Below, piece after piece: positions 1 through 10,835 of a DNA stretch of 64,000 bases (position 1 is its first letter; every line of letters starts with the position of its first letter). Position numbers and translations under genes: made by a program. The DNA lies in assembly GCA_002269645.1 (NCBI GenBank), contig NIVC01003994.1, positions 2,039 through 66,038 of the forward strand. The letters run 5' to 3'. Below the pieces are notes generated by a model that saw only the letters and a program-made list of their open reading frames with translations, was not told where the DNA came from and did not search any database. Source of the DNA: Macrostomum lignano (lineage: Eukaryota).

Positions 1-482
1 GATATGCCAACTGATATGCAGGATGGAGTTGTATAATTGTACTGCAAAGTAGAGAAAGCGGGCTGTCCAGACTCAGTTCGCACACTGTCATTCCATTTGT
101 GTGCCCAAAAACGGCCTGGTACGAGCGGTTAGCGCTCATTTAATGAAATGAAATTGGGACGGAAATTATTCTAATACAATCCTTGTCATTTTTTTCAACT
201 TCGTTACTGTGATGAGCTGGCTTTCACAGCCAAGACCCTCTCACCCCATATACTTAGTGAGTCAAAAATGCCTTCCGTACAAAATTTCTCTCAACCTACT
301 ACACTGCAGTTGACAATGAAAAGAGAGAGCATAGGCTATTGCATACTGTTTTGCTACTGTCTTGTACGCTTGTAGAAGAAAATGACATCATGAAGTGCAT
401 AAAAAGCATTTCTATGCTACCTGCTCTCAAAGAATTCAGTTAGCTGTTTTAGAAGAAAAATTACTTGGACCAACCAACTGCC

Positions 483-3400
483 ATGGAGCCAGAATTGAGA
501 GCTGCACTAGAGGCAAAAGACGATGAAAAACTGCAGCAACTCTGCCCGCTTATCGACTCCAATATGGAGTTGACGGTCGGTGGCTACAAGTACTTCTTCA
601 ACGAAGAGCGAACTCAGCCCGTGACGCATCACATCGTCTGCAAGACGCGAAGTTCGCAGTGCCTGAAACTTCTGATTGACAAGTTCGGACCCGAGTTCGT
701 GACCTGCAGAAACGACAGGGATGAGACCGTTGTGCATCTTATAGCTCAGCATCAGGACGACTCCTGGATGGAACTGATTCCAGAACCTATTGTCCAGCAA
801 AGCCTTAAAGTGACAGCATGGAAGGGCAGAACAGTGACTCACTATGCTGCTATGAACGATGTAAGCGACTCAGTATTAAAACTACTTGTAGACAAGTGCG
901 GAGTCGACTGTCTCAAAAGCTTGGACAATGACGGCAACACGGCCCTCCATCTTGCTGCGCAGTATCAGGGTAGCGATTCGATGAAGCTAGCTAAAACAGT
1001 ACTGGGTACTGACTGCTTCCAAAGTAGAGGTTTCTCGAATCGGACTGTGATTCACTATGCAGCTTCCAACACCAGTAGTCACACTTCACTAAAATGGCTT
1101 GTCGTACTGTGCGGAACCGACTGTCTTAAAGCTTCTGATAAAGACGGATACACTGCCGTCCATCTCGCTGCACAGTACCAGGGCATTAAGTCAATGGAGC
1201 TGATGAAGGACGCGCTTGGAACTGCCTGTTTCTATCCAAGCAAAAGCTCCCAAGAGAAAACGGTGTTTCATTGTGCAGCTTCAAACAGATCCAGCAATGC
1301 ATCATTGAAGTGGCTTGTTCAAGAATTCGGATCTGACTGTCTAACCAAATTTTCCGACAAATTCGGAAACATGCCCCTCCATTTTGTTGCAGAGTGGCAG
1401 GGTGCAGATTCGATGGAGCTGATGAAGAAGGAGCTTGGAAGCAGCTGTTTTCAACTCCAAGGCAAGTCACATAAAACATCGATACACTATGCCGCTGCTA
1501 ACCGAGAGAGCAACGAATCGCTAAAATGGCTTCTCAATGAGTACGGACCCGAAAGTCTCAAAGTTCCGGACAAAGATGGAAACACGGCGGTCCATCTTGC
1601 TGCCCAAAATCAGGGCGTCGACTCAATGGAACTGATGAAGACAAAGCTCGGAGACGCCTGTTTCGAAATAAAAGGCAAACTACGCTGGACTCCTGTTCAC
1701 TTTGCAGCTACCAACCTTAGTAGCAATGCGTCACTAAAGTGGCTCGTCAAAGAATTGGGATCAGACTGTCTTGAATTGCCTGACAAGGACGGAAACACTG
1801 CCATACATCTCGCAGCTCGGTACCAGGGCATCGATTCGATGAAACTGATGAAGGAAGCGCTCGGAAAGGACTGCTTTCTGTTGAAAGGCTGCTTGAACAG
1901 AACTGCAATTCACTGTGCAGCTACCAATGAAAGCAGCAACCAATCGCTAAAGTGGCTCGTAAGAGAATGCGGAGCTGAGAGTCTCACAGTTCCCGATCAA
2001 AATGGACACACGGCTGTCCATCTTGCCTCACAGTATCAAGGCACAGACTCCATGGAACTGATAAAGCAAGAGCTCGGTACGGAGTACTTTTTTCTAGAAG
2101 AAAGTTTGTTTGCTAGAACGCCAGTTCATTGTGCTGCTTTTAACAGAGTCAGTAACGCATCCTTAAAATGGCTAGTCAAAGAGTTCGGATGTGGGTGTCT
2201 TAAAACTCCCGATAAAGACGGAGACACGCCTATCCATCTTGCCACACAGTGTCAAAGCATTGATTCACTGGAACTGATGAAAATAGAGCTCGGAATCAAC
2301 TGTTTTCAGCTGAAAGGCTACTCAAATAGAATGCCAATTCATATTGCCGCTTCAAGCAGCGAGAAATTAGCATTGTTTAATTGGCTGGTAAAAGAGTGTG
2401 GACCCGATTGTCTGAAGGTTCCTGAGAAAAACGGAAACACGGCTGTGCATCTTGCAGCTCAGTATCAGGGCATCGAGTCGATGAAACTGATAAAGAAAGA
2501 GCTAGGAACTGGTTGCTTCCATTTGAAGGGCAGATTGATGCGGACCCCCGTTCATTGCGCCGCTTGTAACAAATTTGGCTACTCAGTGCTCAAGTGGCTT
2601 GTCCTGAAGTGCGGTCCCGACTGTGTGGCTGCTGTCGACAAAGACGGAAACACGATCGTTCATCTCGCTGCAGAGCACCAGTCAGCTGACTTGTTGCAGT
2701 TTCTAATTGATCAAATTGGACCTCAAGTACTCTCTCTGAAGAACAACAAAGGAGAAACACTAGTAGAATGTGTGGAGAAGGACTCGGATAATGATCGTAA
2801 AGCAAGAAAGCGAAACTGGATCGAACTTACAAAGGATTTTGAGTCTTTTTATCTCGAGGAGGGAGCTGTTTCTGTGAATGCAGAAGCTACGGATGATTTG
2901 TTAAACCAGTAAGTTTCAGGCTCTTTACAATTTGAGTTGCGGTTTAAATTACCTGCTGCGTATGTAGCTCGTACTGAAGTATTTTAATTTGATGTTTAAG
3001 AAAAGATTTAAAAATGTGTTGCTGGACTGTGAAGAGCTTGTACTCGTAATTATATAATTCCAATGCTCCAACGAATATAGCCTACCCTATAAAATATAAA
3101 AACCATAATTTTTTAATGAACGCAATGAATGGTAAAAGTCGAGGGATAAAGCAATTTAATTTGATGCTTATCTGCTAATAGCTTATTTTTGTAGATCTGT
3201 AAAAAATGTGTGTACCAAAGTGTTGCAATATAAAGTATACAAACAAACTGATTCAATTTTCAGACTGCGTACAGCTTTAGAAGCCCGTGACGATGCGCTT
3301 CTGCGGCGACTCTGCCTGCTTCTTAACTCTAACGTTGAACTAACGTTCAATGATTGTCTCAACAAGCATCGAACTCAGTCTGTTACTCATCACGTGGTCT

Positions 3401-5789
3401 GTAAGTCGCGAAGTTTGCAGTGCCTGAAGCTTCTGATATCCAAATTCGGACCCGACTGTCTGTTAAACAGAAACAGTCGAGGTGAAACCGCGGTGCATTT
3501 GACTGCTATGCACCAGGAAAACCTGTGGATGAAACTAATTCTAGAAGCTCTTGGCCGTGACTGCTTCAAGGACACAGCATCTAACGGTCGAATGGTGACT
3601 CACTATGCTGCTACGAATGAGACAAGTAACTCATCGCTAAAGTGGCTTGTTGCCGAGTTTGGACGCGACTGTCTCTTAGTACCCGATAAAGAAGGAAGCA
3701 CAGTCGTTCATCTTGCCGCAGAGTATCAAGGTGTCGACTCCATGGAACTGATGAACAGAGAGCTCGAAACCGACTGCTTCAAAGGTTAAAAGGATCCCAG
3801 AATCGAACGGTAGTTCACTATGCCGCCGGAAACAATATTAGCGATGCACCGCTTCGTTGGCTGGTGAAAAATTTGGACCAAGCTGTATCAAATTTCCAGA
3901 TAAACATGGTGTCACGCCTATCCATCTAGTTACATTAAACTCCAGAAGCACGAGTAGTATGACGCTTAATTGGCTAGTTTCTGTCGGCGGCCCGGACTGT
4001 CTCACTATTCCTGACAATGAGGGAAACACACCTGTCCATCTCGCTGCAGAGTTTCACAACATCGAATCCATGAAATTCATAAAGAAAATACTCGGACCAG
4101 AATGCTTTAGAAGAATTGGTTTTTGGCAAAGAACACCCATTCACTGCGCTGCCGCAAACAGTAACTGCAGTGCCCTGCTTGGATGGCTCATAAAAGAATG
4201 CGGACACGACTGTCTGATGTGTCAGGACAAAGACGGAAACACGCCTGTCCATCGCGCTGCATGCTTTCAGCCAGTTAAATCATTGAAGTTGCTGGCTGAC
4301 CAAATCGGGCCCAAAATTTTCTCGCTTAAGAACGCTTCTGGAAAAACAATAGCCGATTTTGTAAACCAGGACTTAGATGAAGACCGAAAACTACAAAAGC
4401 AGAGTTGGATCTCGAGCCAACTGACGCCAGAGAGACAACTAAACCTGAGGCATCCGGAAGTCAGAATGACGGCATCGGTAGAATCCTTGGGTGGCTCAAG
4501 TGGGTAAGCAACTGCAGCATATTTGTAGCATATTAGAAATCTATTACCGATCATCTTTGGGGAGCAGCTCGCGGTAAACGTGTCTGAGTCTTGGGGTTGT
4601 CCAACAATTCATTCCCATATAGTCCGACCCCTTTGAGGCACAGAGAGTGTACGTGCCTGACCATTCGAGATGGTACATCCTGTGTGATGTTTGTTATGTT
4701 TTGTTATGACTTGCATGTACTGCATCCTGTGACTAGCCATCAAGTTCCCCACTGCATTTAAAACTGTGTCCATTCATTTCACTCTGGAAACAAGCAGCAG
4801 AGCTGGCGGAAAACCATTTCGCGAGAAATGGGAAAATAAGCAGCTCCTCGGCAGGGGCGGTTTCGGCGACGTCCACAAAGTGCTCACCGACACGGGCGTC
4901 ACGTGCGCTGCCAAAACTCTTAGACTGCCATTGCAGCTCGGAGATCAACTGGACTCTAAGGCTAGAAAGGTTGACTCAGTTGTTGAAAGCGAGAAAAACC
5001 TGTGCCAACTGCAGCATCCCAACATCGTCAGGTTCTTGTACATCACTCAGCCGGAGCCTGCAACAGTTGTTGTCTTTATGGAGCTGCTGGACGGGCACAC
5101 TTTAGAGAATTTCATCGACGAGAAGCCGATAGATGAAGAGAAAATTCGACACTTTAGCAAGCAAGTGAGTTCACTTGAATTTGTCTCGAGTGCACTTCTG
5201 AAATATAGTACAAATACTTACTTCAGTTGGAAAGCAGAAGTCCTGAAGTTCTCTCAGAATTTCACTGACCAACCGCTCTTAGATCTGCAGCGCGCTGCTC
5301 TACCTGCACAGCCAGCAGCCGCCCGTGATCCACAGAGACATCAACTGCACCAACATAATTGTCCTTGCCGACGGAACTGATCGACTTAAGCTGATCGACT
5401 TCGGCCTGTCAATCAAGCTGGAGCAGTCAGTCAGCCACATCTCAGCCTCCACTTCGCCAAAGGGCACTCTAAACTTCATGGCGCCAGAGCTGCTCGGAGA
5501 TGGTGAGTCGGAAAGCGTGCAGTACAGCAGAGAGTCGGACATCTGGGCGTTCGGCTGCTCGGTCTACCAGATGGCCATTGGAGCGAGGCCCTTTGCCACC
5601 GCCAAGAACTTGCTTCAATTGGTTCGCCTGCTAGACCAAAACGGAGCCCCGCTACTGCAGACGGGGCAGCAGAGCTGCTCACAAGAGCTGCTAGATTTCT
5701 ATTCCCTGTGCACCGCTAAAGATCGCAAAGCCAGAATATCGGCAGAGGCACTGATGAAGCACAAATTTTTGACTCGTTCCTGTGACTAA
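483..5789 (+). CDS. Ankyrin-repeat protein kinase: two ANK cassettes plus C-terminal STE/MAP3K-like kinase; exon 2 frameshifted as written
   Basis: Model join(483..2908,3264..4503,4801..5164,5283..5789). Donors GTAAGT 2909, GTAAGC 4504, GTGAGT 5165; acceptors TTTTCAG 3263, CAGCAG 4800 (or 4797), TCTTAG 5282; phases 2,2,0 all join in frame. Exon 1 has ~20 ANK-like repeats (DKDGNTAVHLAA / RTPVHCAA), exon 2 ~9. Kinase motifs GRGGFG, CAAK, alphaC Glu (ESEK), HRDINCTN, DFG, GTLNFMAPE, SDIWAFG. Three A-run indels at 3781-3791 and 3867-3871. Confidence 0.85.
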
Positions 5790-6207
5790 ATCTAATTATA
5801 GCTAAGTTAAGAAGCTTATAAAACATGCATGTTTTGACTGGCTCGAGAGCACTACGGTTAGAGAAAGTGCTGAACGTTGGTGGCATAAGCAACAGCCATC
5901 ACAACAAGAGTGCCACTCATTATATTATGATTAAGTGATTAAAATTACTAAAATTATTGTTGTTAGAGCAATGTTTTATTCAATTTAGGCTTACTAAAAT
6001 AGGTATGTACATAAAATGCGCACTTGTGTTAGTGCACGCTTGCATGAAGCTTACCCTACCTTGTTTATGCCATTTTATCCATAAATTTCTTGCTATCAAA
6101 CCCTTTTTAAATTGCATCTTTTAAAGTGAATTCTAGACCAAAAAAGTTTTTGTCCAGTTTTGTACAATTTTAAGTGTTCTCAAGTTTTTAGTCTAAGGAA
6201 ACTTTCT

Positions 6208-6918
6208 AGCGCCCCTGGTGCTGGCGCCCCTGGTGCTGGCGCCCTTGGTGCTGGCGCCCCTGGTACTGGCGCCCCTGGTGCTGGCGCCCCTGGTGCTGGC
6301 ACTCCTGGTGCTGGCGCCCCTGGTGCTGGCGCCCCTGGTGCTGGCGCCCCTGGTGTTGGCGCCCCTGGTGCTGGCACCCCTGGTGCTGGCGCCCCTGGTG
6401 CTGGCGCCCCTGGTGCTGGCGCCCCTGGTGCTGGCACCCCTGGTGCTGGCGCCCCTGGTGCTGGCGCCCCTGGTGTTGGCGCCCCTGGTGCTAAAGCCCC
6501 TGGTGCTAAAGCCCCTGGTGCTAAAGCCCCTGGTGCTAAAGCCCCTGGTGCTAAAGCCCCTGGTGCTAAAGCCCCTGGTGCTAAAGCCCCTGGTGCTAAA
6601 GCCCCTGGTGCTAAAGCCCCTGGTGCTAAAGCCCCTGGTGCTAAAGCCCCTGGTGCTAAAGCCCCTGGTGCTAAAGCCCCTGGTGCTAAAGCCCCTGGTG
6701 TTGGCGCCCCTGGTGCTAAAGCCCCTGGTGCTAAAGCCCCTGGTGCTAAAGCCCCTGGTGCTAAAGCCCCTGGTGCTAAAGCCCCTGGTGCTAAAGCCCC
6801 TGGTGCTGGCGCCCCTGGTGTTGGCGCCCCTGGTGCTAAAGCCCCTGGTGCTAAAGCCCCTGGTGCTGGCGCCCCTGGTGTTGGCGCCCCTGGTGCTAAA
6901 GCCCCTGGTGCTAAAGCC
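6208..6918. repeat. 15-bp minisatellite GCCCCTGGTGCT(GGC/AAA), ~47 copies
   Basis: Visible period of 15; GGC variants dominate the 5' half and AAA variants the 3' half. Confidence 0.97.
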
Positions 6919-7371
6919 GGGACCATGAGATTTCTCTACCGCACATTGCATAGCATGAATTACATGCTGATGCATGCACGCTGGGAGTTGCGATACTTTT
7001 TTTCTATTACTTTATCTAAATAAACAATGTCAAAGATTTATCAACTATTCTTGTTTTTCAAACGGAGGTACCATGTGTATGCTGAACCTCACGCTCTCAG
7101 TTTGACCTTTGAGTAAGTATAAAATACTAAAAACAACAGATTAAAAATGATATTCAACTTTGGACATTAGTCGCACGAATTAAAACAAATGAAATGATTT
7201 GTGCTGGTTACAATTATTGAATCACCAAAGAATGAAAGGCCTCTAGGGTTGTCTGTTCATATTTCAAAGTTCAAAGAACTTTTGAAGTTAACTGTGCCCA
7301 CAGGGCGCACGCACGCGCCTCGCATCGTATAGTTCGTCTCAAGGCTTCACGCAGTCTTGCTCAGGGGTTCT

Positions 7372-9035
7372 TCACCAGCTCGAAACGTCACCAGCTCGAA
7401 ACGTCACCAGCTCGAAACTTCACCAACTCGAAACTTCACCAGCTCGAAACTTCACCAACTCGAAACTTCACCAGATCGAAACTTCACCAGATCGAAGGTT
7501 CACAAGCTCGAAGCTTCACAAGCTCGAAAGTTCACAAGCTCGAACCTTCACAAGCTCGAAGCTTCACAAGCTCGAAAGTTCACAAGCTCGAAGCTTCACA
7601 AGCTCGAAAGTTCACAAGCTCGAAGCTTCACAAGCTCAAAAGTTCACAAGCTCGAAGCTTCACAAGCTCGAAAGTTCACAAGCTCGAAGCTTCACAAGCT
7701 CAAAAGTTCACAAGCTCGAAGCTTCACAAGCTCGAAAGTTCACAAGATCGAAGCTTCACAAGCTCGAAAGTTCACAAGCTCGAACCTTCACAAGCTCGAA
7801 AGTTCACAAGCTCGAAGCTTCACAAGCTCGAAAGTTCACAAGCTCGAACCTTCACAAGCTCGAACCTTCACAAGCTCTAAAGTTCACAAGCTCGAACCTT
7901 CACAAGCTCTAAAGTTCACAAGCTCGAAAGTTCACAAGCTCGAAGCTTCACAAGCTCGAAAGTTCACAAGCTCTAAAGTTCACAAGCTCGAAAGTTCACA
8001 AGCTCGAAGCTTCACAAGCTCGAAAGTTCACAAGCTCGAACCTTCACAAGCTCGAAGCTTCACAAGCTCAAAAGTTCACAAGCTCGAACCTTCACAAGCT
8101 CGAAGCTTCACAAGCTCGAAAGTTCACAAGCTCGAAGCTTCACAAGCTCGAAGCTTCACAAGCTCTAAAGTTTACAAGCTCGAAAGTTCACAAGCTCGAA
8201 GCTTCACAAGCTCGAAGCTTCACAAGCTCTAAAGTTCACAAGCTCGAAAGTTCACAAGCTCGAAGCTTCACAAGCTCGAAAGTTCACAAGCTCGAACCTT
8301 CACAAGCTCGAAGCTTCACAAGCTCTAAAGTTCACAAGCTCGAACCTTCACAAGCTCGAAGCTTCACAAGCTCTAAAGTTCACAAGCTCGAACCTTCACA
8401 AGCTCGAAGCTTCACAAGCTCTAAAGTTCACAAGCTCGAACCTTCACAAGCTCGAATCTTCACAAGATCGAAAGTTCACAAGCTCGAAGCTTCACAAGCT
8501 CGAACCTTCACAAGCTCGAAAGTTCACAAGCTCGAACCTTCACAAGCTCGAAGCTTCACAAGCTCGAAAGTTCACAAGCTCGAACCTTCACAAGCTCGAA
8601 GCTTCACAAGCTCGAAAGTTCACAAGCTCGAACCTTCACAAGCTCGAAGCTTCACAAGCTCGAAAGTTCACAAGCTCGAAGCTTCACAAGCTCGAACCTT
8701 CACAAGCTCGAACCTTCACAAGATCGAAAGTTCACAAGCTCGAAGCTTCACAAGCTCGAACCTTCACAAGCTCGAAAGTTCACAAGATCGAAAGTTCACA
8801 AGCTCGAAAGTTCACAAGCTCGAAAGTTCACAAGCTCGAAGCTTCACAAGCTCAAAAGTTCACAAGCTCGAAAGTTCACCAGCTCGAAGCTTCACAAGCT
8901 CGAAAGTTCACAAGCTCGAACCTTCACAAGCTCGAAGCTTCACAAGCTCGAAAGTTCACAAGCTCGAAAGTTCACAAGCTCGAACCTTCACAAGATCGAA
9001 ACTTCACAAGCTCGAAGCTTCACAAGCTCAAAACT
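7372..9035. repeat. 16-bp minisatellite AGCTCGAA(AG/GC/CC)TTCACA, ~100 copies
   Basis: Direct inspection. Confidence 0.97.
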
Positions 9036-9571
9036 TCAAAATCTCTGGAACTAGAAAGTTTGAATTTTTTTATTAGTTAGTTACTTTTTAAGTGTTCTTT
9101 CTGGGTGCGAGTTAGTACCGAAGGAATTATCGCTCCCAAAATTCAGATTTGCCTGGACTTTGGTCCGAGTTCAACATTTTCCAGTGGTCCAGCGAACGTG
9201 TGATCTAAAAATAGCTCAGTTTGTTCTTGGGAAACCCCATGCGGGAAAGACAAAGTAACCAGTACGGCCTAACGAGTTCCGGAGATCACGCCACCGCGGA
9301 CCCGCCCGCAGATAAGTCAGTCTGCCTCAACCTTCCAAAAGCCCTTCTTTCTGAGAAATGTACGGGCCGATTTTTGTGTGGACTGGGGGTGAGGCGGAGC
9401 GAAAACCCCACACGCTCAACCCCGCCACAAATCGGGGCGTGCCGTGAACTGCAAAGCCCAGTCCAAGGAGACGTTGAACAAAAATCTGGACCAAACTTAC
9501 TCATTGTCGGACACTTGCCAGACGCTAAAAATGGGTTCGTGACAATCGACGCTAGTGACTTGACTTTGTAC

Positions 9572-10165
9572 TGTCAGTGACATTTGACTGTCAGTGACAT
9601 TTGACTGTCAGTGACATTTGACTGTCAGTGACATTTGACTATCAATGACATTTGACTGTCAGGGACATTTGACTATCAGTGACATTTGACTGTCAGTGAC
9701 ATTTGACTGTCAGGGACATTTGACTATCAGTGACATTTGACTGTCAGGGACATTTGACTGTCAGTGACATTTGACTGTCAGTGACATTTGACTATCAGTG
9801 ACATTTGACTGTCAGTGACATTTGACTGTCAGGGACATTTGACTGTCAGTGACATTTGATTGTCAGGGACATTTGACTATCTGTGACATTTGACTGCCAG
9901 TGATCTTTGACTGTCAGTGACATTTGACTGTCAGTGACATTTGATTGTCAGGGACATTTGACTATCTGTGACATTTGACTGCCAGTGATCTTTGACTGTC
10001 AGTGACATTTGATTGTCAGGGACATTTGACTATCTGTGACATTTTACTGCCAGTGATCTTTGACTGTCAGTGACATTTGACTGTCAGTGACATTTGACTA
10101 TCAGTGACATCCGACTGCCAGTGATATTTGAATTTGACTGTCAGTCTGTCAATGACATTTGACAT
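9572..10165. repeat. 17-bp minisatellite GTCAGTGACATTTGACT
   Basis: Direct inspection; degenerate edges. Confidence 0.95.
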
Positions 10166-10835
10166 TTGAAATCAAAATATATTTTACCAAGATGCAGAGA
10201 ATTTTTAATTAGCTTAGAAATGAGACCAAGTTCAGAGAAATTGTTTCAACAAAAATCAAAAGAGGTTGCCAGTGTGTTAAGTGGGTTGGCTAGGCTATAG
10301 ATGTAAAACTTACAGAACTGCATTCAGTCAAGCACTATTAGTATTAGTAAGTGCCTGAAATAGTAGTATTTGATGGTACAGAGTTTCCACTCCAGATACT
10401 CCGCAGTCAAGGCCTCCTTGGCCTTGGCCCCAATAAATGAATGAATCAAAAGCGTTCCCACTGCACTGGCCGGGCCGCAACCCCACCTCCAGTTGTACGC
10501 AAGGCAGCGCCCCAGGCCGAGTGAAGTTTCATTTCGTGAAATGCACACACACAGACGTCTGAAGCCAGTGCAGCCCACCCCCCCCCCATTCGTTCTTTCA
10601 CCCAGCATTAACTACCCCCACCCCAACCCCATTTATTGCATACTTTGGCCGGTTCAAAAACGCCGACCCGAACCCCCAGCCTGCCCCCTCTAAATTAGCC
10701 GTAACTTGCTAAGTAAAGTTGTTAGCCATATTCTATTCTAGTTGCAAATAGACTTCTTTATTTACTGCAGAATATCTGTCCTTTTCTAATAACCAGCTTA
10801 CTAAGCAAGCATTTACACCGTCACAGAGTTGCAAT

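Noticed and set aside
465-482. TTG start of the 815-aa ORF
   Set aside because: Eukaryotic gene; the first ATG is at 483. A short upstream phase-0 exon cannot be excluded.
6160-7023. Collagen/elastin-like GAPGA ORF
   Set aside because: Both strands are open in several frames because of a 15-bp repeat. The period is 5 aa, not Gly-X-Y; there is no ATG or splice context; and the same unit recurs inside an intron at 20913.
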